64,000 nt of DNA, taken from NCBI GenBank assembly GCA_964016885.1, contig OZ024740.1:145638001-145702000 (forward strand), read 5' to 3'. The notes beneath the pieces are model-generated. The model was not told the origin of the DNA. It saw nothing but the letters and a program-made list of their open reading frames with translations, and made no database searches. Within the stretch, counting starts at the first letter, position 1, and every line of letters starts with the position of its first letter. Below are positions 1-12,825 of this stretch, piece by piece. The translations under genes were made by a program, and so were the position numbers. Origin of the DNA: Eledone cirrhosa (Eukaryota).

Positions 1-250
1 TGTAACAACAACGAAACTAGTTCAATATTCCTTGTCTGGCTTTCTGGAGAATAGAGGAAAGGTGTTTCCTCAAAAACCAGTATGACTCTAAAAACCGGTT
101 TGTCTGTGTGTTTACATACAGAATAGCTGGACACTCACGGTAAAGTGACCAGTGAAAAACTTGGTACATCTACATATGTATACGTGTGTGTATTCATATG
201 CATACTAGTATTTCAGTATACATATGTGGATGTACATTTTTAACTTAATT
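1..250 (+). mobile_element. Diverged arm of the hammerhead-bearing foldback (Penelope-like pLTR) family, cut by the window start
   Basis: Colinear with 30683-30930. Carries the 3' half of an HHR (tgt-aaca-acaac GAAA ctag TT caatatt, 1-29) and ends at the same ttaacttaatt|TA junction. Confidence 0.8.
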
Positions 251-375
251 ATATATATATATACACATATATATATATACATACATACATACATATATAT
301 ATATACATACATATATATATACATACATATATATATACATATATATACATAGATATATATATATATATATATATA

Positions 376-408
<33 letters not shown>
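251..408. repeat. (TA)n/(TACA)n microsatellite
   Basis: Direct reading. Confidence 0.95.
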
Positions 409-409
<1 letters not shown>

Positions 410-3346
410 GATCGGGGGAACACACAAGCCAGGTAGATTATATCCTTACCAGAAGACGTGACAGAGTGTCTGTTGTTAACACTAAATCCCACCCCCATGA
501 AGAATTCACCTCCCAACATAGACTGATAATTAGCGACCTCATAGTCAGGACGAGACGTACTAGACAGCGGAAGAGGACTATCCTCAGGAGAAAAATATGG
601 AAGCTAAAGGACCCCATAGCCAGAAATAAATTCCAAAGCATATTACTTGACGCTTTCGACAGTAAGGAAGAGCAATTAGAGTCGTATAATATAGAGGAAC
701 AGTGGGAATTCCTGAGAGCAAACCTGCTGACGGCGGCAGACGAAGTCTGTGGCTGGAGCAGGCCTGTAGGTAGGAGGAGAGTAACATGGTGGTGGAACAG
801 TAAGGTGGAGGAGTCAATTAAGGCCAAAAAGCAGGCTTGGAAAGTATGGCGGGATGGGGGAAGTAGAGAAGACTATCAAGTGGCCAGGAGGGAAGCTAGG
901 AGACAAGTGTACTTCGCAAGAAGGGAAGCAGAGGAAAGAAAGTTCAAGCATGTTCTACAACGTGAGGACCAAAAACGTGAGGTGTTCAGGATTGCCAGGC
1001 AATGTGTCAAGGAAAACCGTGATATTGTCGGGGAGAAGTGTGTACTTAACGATGATGGCATACTTGCCATCACCGACGCTGATAAGAAGGTAGCTTGGAA
1101 GTGTCACTACGAAAGGCTTCTAAATGAGGAGAACAAATGGGAGAAAGACAGTCTCCCCCAGATCGATCCAATAGAGGGACCAGCAGTGTTAGTTGAAGGT
1201 AGTATAATAAGTAAGGCAATCAAAGATATGAAGACGGGTAAGGCGGCTGGGCCTTCGGAAATAGTTGCTGAGATGCTGAAGGCATCTGGTTCGGTGGGAC
1301 ACACCATGGTCACCCGGATAGTTAACCAAGTCGTACAGAATGGGGTTGTTCCGAAGGAATGGCGTAGCAGCATCATCGTTAACTGCTATAAGGGAAAAGG
1401 AGATGCCCTAGATAGGAGTAACTATAGAGGCATTAAATTAATCGACCAGGTCATGAAGGTCACGGAAAAAGTAATAGCGCAACTAATCAGAGAGAGAATT
1501 GATCTAGATGAAATGCAGTTCGGGTTTGTGTCAGGCAAAAGTACCACAGACGCTCTTTTCATTGTACGACAACTACAGGAGAAGTACCTAGCTAAAAGTA
1601 AACCCCTATACTTAGCTTTCGTCGACTTGGAGAAAGCCTTCGACAGAGTCCCCCGTTCCATTATCTGGTAGTCTCTTAGAAAACTAGGTGTTGACGAATG
1701 GCTTGTGAGAGCTATACAAGCCATGTATAAAGAAACAGTCAGTAAGGTTAGAATTAACAACGAATATAGTAAAGAGTTTAGCGTAAAAGTTGGTGTCAAT
1801 CAGGGCTCTGTTCTTAGCCCCCTACTATTTATTATTGCCCTTCAGGCTATAACAGAGGAGTTCAAGACCGGCTGCCCATGGGAACTCCTATACGCAGATG
1901 ATCTAACGCTCATAGCTGAATCAATGACCGAACTAGAGAAGAAATTCCAAACGTGGAAGCACGGCCTAGAATCAAAAGGCCTTAAAATTAACCTGGCTAA
2001 GACTAAAGTTCTAGTTTGTAGGAAAGAAAATAAGGCGGCGGTCCCATCGGGGAAATGGCCATGCTCAGTGTGTAGGAAAGGCGTAGGTAGAAACTCCATT
2101 TTATGTCCCAAATGCAAAGTATGGGTGCATAAAAGATGTAGTGGGATCACAGGTAAGCTAACTAAGAACATAAATTTTACATGTGGCCGGTGCTCTGGTG
2201 CAATAAGTAGCAGCAAGTGCCCACAAATACTAGCTCCTTCAACTGCGCAGAGGGTTCTATAGAAATAGTGGACAGCTTCCGTTATCTGGGTGACAAAATC
2301 AGCAGTGGGGGAGGGTGCTCTGAAAGTACAGTAGCTAGAGTCAGAACTGGATGGAAAAAGTTCAGAGAGCTTATACCACTATTAGCCGCTAGAGGGTTCT
2401 CCCTAAAAATGAAAGGCAGGTTATACGATGCTTGCATACGAACAGCAATGCTGCATGGCAGTGAGACCTGGGCATTGTGTGCAGAGGATATACGCAGACT
2501 AGAGAGGAACGAAGCTTGCATGCTCCGCTGGATGTGCAATAGTAATATACGTGAACGGCAAAGCATAAACGAACTAAGGAAAAAATTAGAAATAAGAGGG
2601 ATCAGATGTTGTTTACTCGAGAGAAGGCTACGTTGGTACGGTCACGTGATGCGCATGAAAGACGACAGCTGTATAACAAAGTGCAGGGCAATAAAGATAG
2701 ACGGTAGCCACGGAGTAGGCACACCCAGAAAAACATGGGACGAGCTGATAAATTCCGACCTCACACGCTTACACCTCTCCAAGACAATGTCACTGGACCG
2801 AGACCTTTGGCGGTACTCAGTAATAGAGAAGACCCGCCTTACCTAAATACAAAGTAAAAACCTTCTACAGTCAGTAGGCATCTCTATCAAAACACACCCC
2901 TGTCCCACCACCTCCACCCCATCCACACCGCCCCTTTCAATGTAAAGTTATGTTGGTCCCACAACATCCAGGCCGAAACAAATGAGATCGTGTAGGTGTC
3001 ACGACAAAAAAACACACAGTCCACGCTGTAATTGTGGCCGTGTAGGCAACACGGTAAAAACCTCCCAGCCCCACACTGTAAATGTGGTTGGTGTTAGGAA
3101 GAGCATCCAGCTGTAGAAAACCCGCCAGACAGTCTACGCTGTAATGTGGCCGTGTAGGCAACACGGTAAAAACCTCCCAGCCCCACACTGTAAATGTGGT
3201 TGGTGTTAGGAAGGGCATCCAACTGTAGAAAACCCGCCAGACAGTCCTATGCGAGCAAGACAACCACTCTTGCCTCAAGTGGGAAAACCCCCGTCCAAAC
3301 CCATGCAAGCGTGGAACACGGACGCTAAACCTGATGATGATGATGA
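409..3346 (+). mobile_element. 5'-truncated RTE-clade LINE (APE end, RT, PHD finger, thumb, 3' UTR, (GAT)n tail); disrupted
   Basis: ORFs 466-1671, 1705-2262 and 2217-2846 carry [25 protein letters not shown] and LRWYGHV. TAG replaces Trp at 1669; frameshift near 2220-2260; tail tgatgatgat at 3332-3346. Confidence 0.95.
3016..3245 (+). repeat. ~112-bp tandem duplication in the RTE 3' UTR
   Basis: acagtc..cgctgtaa..gtggccgtgtaggcaac.. occurs at 3016 and 3129; only one unit in the related copy at 29486-29943. Confidence 0.85.
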
Positions 3347-3425
3347 TACATACATATACATACATACATACATACATATACATACATACATACATACATA
3401 CATACATACATACACACACACACAT

Positions 3426-3492
<67 letters not shown>

Positions 3493-3536
3493 TACATATA
3501 TACATATATACATTCATACATATATATATATATATA

Positions 3537-4197
3537 TGTGTGTAAATATGATAATAATGGAGCTGCGTCGTTGCAAATGGGTTACATATGAAAAAGTTTG
3601 TCCTTCATCGGTGGCCTTCCAACCATCGTAGGCATTTCGTCACTTTAAAGGCCATATACCTCAGGTTGGTGCGAGCAACGGCTAAAAAAAGTCGTTGGGA
3701 CACGTAAATAAAGGGGACGCTAGGGTAAACAAACACAATGGTTTAAGCAACAGAAAGTGATGAAGAAGAAAGAAACAAGTCCCAGATTTCTATGAATATA
3801 AATTCGGTGGAATCGTGAACGAGAGAATAAAAACCATCAAACCTGGTTGAAATGTGAGCAAGGAAGGAATTTCGCACAGGTCTAACGGGAGGAAGAAAGG
3901 GTCTGGTCTGCGAATTCGGTAAACATAAGTTCTGTGAAGTCGCAGACGAGAGAGAGAAAAAAAATTCATACCGGCTTGGCCAAGTGCGCGCGAGAAAAGG
4001 ATTACGGACAGGTCAAACGGGAAGAAAGGGGAGGAGGAGAGGTAGTGACAGAATGAGTGAGTGAAAGGTGAGGAAGAGGCTAACAGAGAGAGAGAGACTG
4101 CTAGAAAGGCTAAAGATACAAAGTATCTTTGTATCTTTAGCAGCGGAGGAAAAAATATATGTGTAAATATGATAATAATAGAGCTGCGGCGTTGCAA

Positions 4198-4200
<3 letters not shown>
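3537..4200. mobile_element. Unclassified ~660-bp element in a TA array with ~40-45-bp terminal direct repeats
   Basis: tgtgtaaatatgataataat(g/a)gagctgcg(t/g)cgttgcaaatg at ~3539 and ~4160; microsatellite on both sides. Confidence 0.55.
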
Positions 4201-4262
<62 letters not shown>

Positions 4263-4326
4263 CATGATGGCTGCCCCCTCGTTATCGATTATGGCCATTG
4301 CACGAGGAGAAAGAAAAAAAAAAAAA

Positions 4327-4359
<33 letters not shown>

Positions 4360-4479
4360 AAAATTAAAAAAAATAAAAAAAAAAAAATATATATATATAT
4401 ATACATATACATACACATATACACACACACACACATGCACACTCACACACACATATACACACACACATACATTAATAAC

Positions 4480-4511
<32 letters not shown>

Positions 4512-7137
4512 CAATAATAATAACGACAACAACAATAATAATATACATATACATATATATATACACACACACGCACACACATAAGCATATCTACACACAC
4601 AGACACACGATAGCAACTAACAGCGCTGCGATCGAATATGGCTTTTTAGCCCAGCCAATGGTCTAAAATGTCTTGCACAGAGTCGGCAATCAAAACATTC
4701 ACTGGGAATAGTGGGCTGTGGTTGGAGTTTGTGTACTTTTGCATGTCGCTTGAGCCCTCCTGCTGATTTACATTCTCTACCACATGTTTGGCAAGCATGA
4801 TGAGTAGCATCTCCAACAGCAGCCTGGTAGTCAACCACTGGTCTTACTTTATGACTGCGAAGATGACTTTCTAGTCCAGCTTTGCTTAGGCAGAGTCTCG
4901 TACATACGCTGCATGTCAGCACCATAGGAGGACCCTCGCCGTCTGGAAGTGCAACAGCAATGCCCTTCCTCACATCCCGCTTTACTTTCTCGTATGCGAT
5001 TCGAGATGCCTCAAAGGCAACTTTTCCCTCATATACAGTCTTTCTCCATTTATTACGATCAGCAGCAATATTCTCCCATGTATCAGCAGAGATGTTAGCG
5101 TCTTTCAGAGAGGCTTTCAAGGAATCCTTATACCTCCTTTTTGGTTTATGTGGCGGTCGTTTTCCTTTAACCAACTCTCCATAAAAGAGTTGTTTTGGTA
5201 CTCTAGAATCCTTCATCCTGGCAAGGTGACCACTCCAACGGAGCCGTTGCTTAAGCACAAGAGCTTCTATACTGACACACATAGAGCTTTCCAAAATCTC
5301 GACATCACTGATGTGGTCCCTCCAGTGAACGCCATGGATCCGTCTGAGACACATCTGATGGAAACGCTCCAATTGCTTAAGGTGGTGTCGATATGTGACC
5401 CAGGTCTCGCAGGCATAAAGAAGACAAGAGAGCACACATGCCCTGTACACCTTTACCTTTGTCCTCCTGCATATGTCTCGCCGACCCCAGAGTCGCCTTT
5501 CTAGCTTTCCGAAAGCATCACTTGCTTTCCTAATCCTAAGTGAGATTTCACTGTCAAGGTTGCTGTATCGATTGTCAGTGCTTCCCAGGTAGACAAACTG
5601 ATGAACCACTCCAACTCGTTTGCCATACACATAGATATTTGGTTCAGTGTACTGCTTACCAGGGGCAGGTTGGTACATGACGACGGTTTTCTTGAGACTG
5701 ACAGTCAGACCTAGGGCAGTGCAAGCGTCAGAAAATGCATTCAAAATGTGCTGCATATCAGTCTCTGTGTGCGCTACAAGATCGCAATCATCTGCATACA
5801 AGAGGTCTCTTATGATTGATGTAAACACTTTTGTCTTCGCAGCAAAGCGCCTGATGTTAAATACGCTGCCTGAGGTTCAATATCGGATGTAAACACCATG
5901 CTCGCAATTCCTCGGTGCTGGAATATCCCCCCGTTTCACTCCATTTTTTACTGAGATAGGCTCCGACATGTTACCCCCGACATTAACCCAAGCCTTCATG
6001 TCGTCATGGAAAGGAACTTATCAGGGCAACCAAGTTTCTGGAGAACCTTCCACAATGCATCTCTGTTAACAGTATCGAAAGCTTTTGTCAGATCGACAAA
6101 AACCTGATACAGATTCAAGCCTTGTTCCATGCACTTCTCCTGGAGCTGTCTAGCTGAGAAGATCATATCAGTAGTGCCGCGTCCAGCACGAAAACCAGAT
6201 TGACTTTCAGGAAGAACACAATCTGCAATGTGTGTCAGCAGACGGTCCAGAAGCATCCTACATAAAACTTTCCCTACGACAGAAAGCAATGATATACTTC
6301 TGTAGTTCCCACAATCGTTCCTGTTACCCTTTCCCTTGTACAAGACCACCATTACTGCATCTCTCCAGTCCTCAGGTACGGATTCATTAGCCCATATCCT
6401 GCCAAACAAAGAGTGAAGATGTTGCAGGAGTCTCTCACCACCATATAGTAGGAGCTCAGCATGTATGCCATCCATACCCGGAGATCTTCCACTGTTCAGC
6501 TTCGAAATAGCCACACTGCAACCTCCACAAGCGTCGGAGGTTCTGCGAGAGCTACTTTCACAGGACTTTCTGGAATGAGATTGAGGAAATCTTCACTGAC
6601 GACAGACGGCTGATTCAAAAGATCATCAAAGTGCTCTCGCCACCTTCGTAGAACTCCCTGTGAGTCACGAAGAAGTTCTTGGCCATCCTTGCTGCGAAGC
6701 GGTGTCACCAGAGAAGAAGACGGTCCATAAACCTCACGCAAGAGACTGTACAACAGCTTTGTGTTATTGGAATCTGACGCAGTTTGTATCTCACCAGCCT
6801 TCTCATTCCACCACTGATCCTTCATCTGAGAAAGACTCCGCCTAACACGTGATTTTACATCCCTGAGTTCCTCATGCAACGTATTCCTTTCCTGTGGTTT
6901 TGCAGTCAAGTAACGTGAGAGAGCACGCCTCTTATCAGCCAACAAGTCTTCTATATGTACATCATTCTCATTAAACCAGTCCTGATGTTTTCTCTGCACC
7001 AATCCCAGAACACGCCTGCCTACATCATGAACCGACTTTTTAAGGGTCAGCCAATCCTCACCAAGATCTGCAGCCTGCATCTCTTCTTCCAATGTCCTCT
7101 TCACATTTTTATCCTTAAGACGAGCAGCATTCAATCT
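4263..7137 (-). mobile_element. 5'-truncated RTE (BovB/RTE-1-like) LINE with three C-terminal C2H2-type fingers; disrupted
   Basis: ORFs 6496-7137, 5996-6514 (QSGFRAGRGTTDMIF, FVDLTKAFD) and 4617-5828 (LLYADD, LRWSGH, CxxC-x12-HxxxH). RTE-like terminus tggccataatcgataacgagggggcagccatcat at 4263-4296. Confidence 0.9.
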
Positions 7138-7154
7138 ATATATATATACATACA

Positions 7155-7188
<34 letters not shown>

Positions 7189-7561
7189 CATACATATATA
7201 CATACATATATACATACATACATATATATATATATACATACATATACATACATATATATATATATACATACATATACATACATATATATATATATACATA
7301 CATATACATACATATATATATATATACATACATATACATACATATATATATATATACATACATATACATACATATATATATATATACATACATATACATA
7401 CATATATATATATATACATACATATACATACATATATATATATATACATACATATACATACATATATATATATATACATACATATACATACATATATATA
7501 TATATATATACATACATACATATATATATACATACATATACATACATATATATATATATAT

Positions 7562-7592
<31 letters not shown>

Positions 7593-7988
7593 CATACATA
7601 TATATATATATACATACATATACATACATACATATACATACATACATACATATACATACATACATATACATATATATATACATATACATACATATATATA
7701 TATACATACATATACATATATATATATATATATACATACATATACACACATATATATATATACATACATATACATACATATATATATATATACATACATA
7801 TACATACATATATATATATATACATACATATACATACATATATATATATATACATACATATACATACATATATACATACATATACATACATATATATATA
7901 TACATACATATACATACATATATATATATATACATACATATATATATATACATACATATATATATATACATATATATATATATACATA

Positions 7989-8029
<41 letters not shown>

Positions 8030-8161
8030 ACATACATATATATATACATATACATACATATATATATATACATACATATACATACATATATATATACATA
8101 CATACATATATATATACATACATACATACATATATACATATATATATACATACATACATAT

Positions 8162-8192
<31 letters not shown>

Positions 8193-8278
8193 CATACATA
8201 TATACATACATACATATATACATACATATATATATATAGATACATATATATATACATACATATATATATACATACATA

Positions 8279-8318
<40 letters not shown>

Positions 8319-8390
8319 CATACATATATATATACATACATATATATATACATACATATATATATACATACATATATATATACATACATA
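7138..8390. repeat. Compound (TA)/(TACA) microsatellite with a ~24-bp higher-order unit
   Basis: Direct reading; source of the long spurious YI/MYV ORFs. Confidence 0.95.
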
Positions 8391-11300
8391 CAACACAGTT
8401 GTAGAATTAAAAACTAACTGAAAAGAAATATTACCCAAGCTGTGAATAACTTTAAATTTGATTCTGAGAGAACTTTGTTGAAACTTTTAAAGAAGATCAT
8501 CGACTATTTTGAAAAATAAATACGAAATATTAGTGAATAGACGAACTCATCATGGCAAAAAGTACAAGTCTCCTTCGACCAAATCGCAACTACAACCGTT
8601 GTACACAGTGGAGCTACGAGCTTAACAAAGTATTATATGAAGCATACAAACAATCTGAACCCCAAAAGTTTGGTCTTATGCAAAGGCTAAAAACTTTATG
8701 GAACTCCAAACACCCAGAATTAGACTTTTCTCCAAAGCATTTAAATGAACAGGCAAAACGTATCATTATATGTAAATTGATACATCTAACAGAATTGAGT
8801 GATACTACAAATACAGCCCTTGTAGACAACCACCCCACCTCCACTGACAGACAAAGAGAATGGCCAGCTAAATCTAACAGTGAACAGCTCACCAACAATT
8901 TTGCTGAAATCCATCCCACTTCCACTGAAGGGCAGCGAGAAAGGTCAGCTAACTCTAGTAGTAATTGTCACCACATCAACAACGAGGCTGAAATTCATGA
9001 CTCTACTGAACAAACAGAGCACCAAAAACTTGTGGGCACCCGACAAGTGATATGGAACGATATGTTTCAAGAGATACACAGCCTTAATGTGAGTGACAGA
9101 CCATACAACACCAGAATCAGTAAAGAACCCACTAAATTGGAATTGTAAGCGGTGAACGAAATAGCTGGCAATTATCTGAAGGCTATACGATCTAAAGGTG
9201 GAGAAACGACATTTGAAACGCTTAATGTTTTGTTATATGTTTCAGCTGTCACATTGCTATCATATAACACACATCTAAAAGCACGCAATCAAGATACAAA
9301 CAGAAAGCCTGAACCAGCGTGGATGCGAAATTTAAAAACCAAAATTTTGTCCCTGAGACGAAGTATCTCACACATCGCAGTCATTATGAAATGCAACATA
9401 GAGAGCAACTTCACACGAGACCAGGAAGACCTAAAGATAAAGTTAGAGAGACGATTTGGAGATACAAAATTTAAAACTTTGAACTCAAAATTACACCAGT
9501 TGAAACAACAACTCACAGCTACAACAGAAAGACTAAAATATAAGTCAACAGCACATAAACGACAAGTGCTAAATAGATTGTTTGCCAGAGATCCTAAATC
9601 AGTTTATCGCAGCTTCGGTGGCAAAAGCTCAATCCCTGTAAATGACACCCCTTCAAAAGAACAGGTTGAGAGCTACTGGAGATCTGTATGGGAAACGGAT
9701 GACGGATTCAACAGACAAGCTAATTGGCTAAAAGAACTGGAACAGGACTACTGCCAACATGTCCAGATAAAACAATATGACATAGATGGGTCAATACTGG
9801 AAACAGCTCTACAGAAAATGTCGAATAGGAAATCGCCAGGTCCAGACCTCATTACAGGATACTGGTTGAAGAATTTCACTTTCTATCGGCAAGATCTCAT
9901 ACGGCTGTTTACAGAAACCATTAAAGGCACACAAGAACTGCCCAGATGGTTATCAACTGCCACTACTCTCCTCATTCCCAAAAATAGCCAAACCACCCTT
10001 GCTAAAAATGACTGCCCAATAGCCTGCCAAAACATCATGTATAAATTATATACTGGGTGCCTTAACCTGTTCTTACAGGATCACTGTGCTACCAACAACA
10101 TCATAACACCTGAGCAAGCTGGTGGAAAGAGGGAGATGTGGGGTTGCATAGATCACCTACTAACCAACAAAATGATTCAGGAAAAAACAACAAAGAATCG
10201 CAGAAACATGACTGTGGTGTGGCTGGACTATCAAAAAGCATTTGATAGTGTACCTCATGGGTGGATTATTAAGGCTTTACAGTTAGCTAAAGTCCCACAA
10301 CCATTGGTAGCTGCTGTTGAACGCCTGACCAAGAACTGGTACACCAATTTGATCCTTAGAGGTGAGAAGGAGCAAGTTAAGACTGATAAGATACATTACC
10401 AGAAGGGCATCTTTCAGGGTGATAGCTTGTCAGTGCTACTCTTCGTTCTCTCACTGAATCCACTATCTTACCTACTCAGGAAACAAGGTGGACAAAGAAG
10501 TGGGCCCAGAAGTATCTCCCATCTTTTCTTTGTTGATGACCTGAAGTTGTATGGACCAAATATCAATGACATCAAGAAACAATTGGACCTCATTACACAA
10601 TTTTCAACCGACATCAAACTGAAATTTGGTGAGTCCAAGTGTGCATATCTGGCAGTAAAACGTGGAAGAGCTGTGCCCTCCTCTAGAAATCTAGAGATGA
10701 ACGGCCTGACAATACAACCTCTACAGTCAGGTGACAACTACAGATATCTTGGACAGGATGAGAATGTCAGATATGATGGACCCATAAATAAGGAGAGAAC
10801 CAGAACTGAATACCTCAGAAGAGTAAAGAAAATATGGTCATCAGAACTGTCAGCATACAACAAATACATTGCCCACAATACTTATGCTGTGCCAATTCTA
10901 ACGCCAACATTTGGCCTGCTGAACTGGTCATTGCAAGAACTAAGTGAGGTGGATGTTAGAACTCGAAAACTTCTCAGTGTTACTGGGAACTTTAACATCA
11001 ATGGTGATGTGGATAGGCTATACTTCTCACGCAAGGAAGGTGGCCGGGGTCTAAAATCAATATTAACAACATATTAGACCCAGATAGTAACACTGAAGCA
11101 ACACCTTCAACAGAGGATAAAGGTTGGCAACCATCTTGCCCAGGTTTATGAGCATGAAAAAAAAAATATCATTAGAATAGCAACTGATCTGGAGGAGAGA
11201 TATGGAATAAAGCTTGATATAAATCTCTCACCCAGAGAAATCGGAAGATCCCATTCAATGTTCAAACAAGATAAAAAAATTGACCAATTTACAGAAAGAG

Positions 11301-11912
11301 TTGTGCATGGATACTTGAGGCATAAAACACAGACCATAGAGGGGATAAACCACTCAAAAAGCCTGGCATGGAGTTCCGAAAAGTTTATGACATCACACCT
11401 CTATGCAATACAGGAACTCCCTACCAAATATCTGCTGCACAAAAGAGGAGGGCCAGCAGCTGACAATAAATGTAGGCTATGTAAAACAAAGATCGAGGAT
11501 GTAAGCCACATTGTTGCCAGCTGCGAAAGAATGTCATCTCGCTACTACCTCCCCATGAGACACGATGGGATAGATAGAACCATCTGGAACGCACTTCGGA
11601 AAACAAAATTAACAACAAACGAGGAGGAATATATTGAGACAGATGGCACTAAGGAATACTGGTGGAACCTGAAAATAAAAACTGCCACCAAATTAAAGCA
11701 CAACCGGCCTGATATTGTTGTTTGGAACCACACATTGAAAACGTGTTCTGTTGTGAAGATCAGCTGCCCACTTGATGTAAACGTTGTCAGAAAAATACAG
11801 GAGAAGGAGGACATCTACGGACCATTGATGAGTAGTTTACAAATCCAGTATCCAAGATACACCTTTAGCTTCTTACCCATCATTATTGGAGCTACGGGTT
11901 ATATACCAACCC
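8391..11912 (+). mobile_element. R4/Dong-like non-LTR retrotransposon (single ORF: myb-like N-terminus, RT, CCHC, restriction-like endonuclease); disrupted, 3' end missing
   Basis: ORFs 8552-9148, 9152-11077 (KSPGPD, WLDYQKAFDSVPH, GIFQGDSLS, HLFFVDDLK) and 11258-11912 (CRLC..H..C, RHD, NRPDIV). Stops at 9148 and 11077; frameshift near the A-run at ~11160. Confidence 0.88.
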
Positions 11913-11914
11913 GC

Positions 11915-12171
11915 TTGGCTGCTCAGCCGTTAATTTTCATAAGGAAAGTATATACTTTCGAACGTTCATCTATCTGGCAGATGGGTAAACGGTGCTGATG
12001 ATAGCTAACAAGCTTGAAACTAGTACATCGTTCCTGTGTCAGTGTTGAACAAAAAGGTGACGTGGTTGCCTTAACACCGTATGGCATAAATTCAGGCTGT
12101 TCAGTTTGTTGACAAACGAACAAAGCAGTCTGCTAAACTGATGCGTGCATATATGTATGTGTACCTGCATG

Positions 12172-12202
<31 letters not shown>

Positions 12203-12325
12203 GCATGCTACTGTACGTCTGTATACATATATGTATGTACGTATACATACATACTTACATTTAAGTAAGTGCCATACTAAGAGTGAGAAATGAAATTTCG
12301 TTTTTCGTTTTCATTTTTTTTTCCA
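11915..12325 (+). mobile_element. Divergent member of the HHR-bearing pLTR/retrozyme family, with tail hairpin
   Basis: Shares taattttcata, agatgggtaaa, the HHR, ttcctgt, cgtatg and the 3' ttaag..catac..aa.agtgag plus gaaa/tttc hairpin with 30583-31002. Confidence 0.75.
11988..12032 (+). ncRNA. Type I hammerhead ribozyme
   Basis: aacggtg CTGATGA t-agct aaca agct-t GAAA ctag TA catcgtt. Stem I 7 bp; stem II 4 bp with a T.T closing mismatch; palindromic ACTAGT stem III. Confidence 0.82.
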
Positions 12326-12327
12326 CT

Positions 12328-12358
<31 letters not shown>

Positions 12359-12498
12359 ATATATATATATATATATATTAGAAAGTGAGGTTTTTTTTAC
12401 AAATTGAAAAATAACCGAGGTGTCCTACACGAGTGAAAGTATAAAGAAAGTATAGAGAAAAGTATAGAGAAAAACCACAGACCCTCCATCTCAACTCA

Positions 12499-12536
12499 CC
12501 TTTTGAAAAGCAGAAGAACTGCGAAACCGGTAAAGG
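12499..12536 (+). ncRNA. Minimal type I hammerhead, U3-A8 core variant
   Basis: cctt TTGAAAA gcag aagaa ctgc GAAA ccgg TA aagg; palindromic ACCGGT; lies in a ~220-bp island between TA runs. Confidence 0.7.
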
Positions 12537-12735
12537 AACCAAATAAATATATATATTTAAAAAAAAAAAAAAAGACTCCAGTTGCATTTTCGATTTCATC
12601 TCTTTTTCTTTATATATATATATATATACATTCACATAGAGAGAGAGATTATAGTAGTGATCAGATTTAGTCAGGGGAAATCGAAGACTGTGTCAACATA
12701 CAGTGGTTTTTTTACTCAACAAGTGAATCACTTAT

Positions 12736-12771
12736 AGTTGATCACCACAGAAACATCTGTGGTGATCAACT
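12736..12771. repeat. Perfect 16-bp hairpin
   Basis: agttgatcaccacaga-aaca-tctgtggtgatcaact. Confidence 0.9.
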
Positions 12772-12825
12772 GTGGGTACAATGAAGTTAATTCTCTGAAT
12801 GTTTCCATATAATTAATATATATTA

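Noticed and set aside
3590-3670. Hammerhead, HDV or SECIS fit in the orphan element
   Set aside because: CTGAGGT and CCGATGA cores lack valid stems II/III; spacing does not fit HDV or SECIS.
6496-8438. Long 417-629 aa ORFs rich in Y/I/M/V/H/T (also many at 26-41 kb)
   Set aside because: Translations of TA/TACA microsatellites; only 6496-7137 is real LINE coding sequence.
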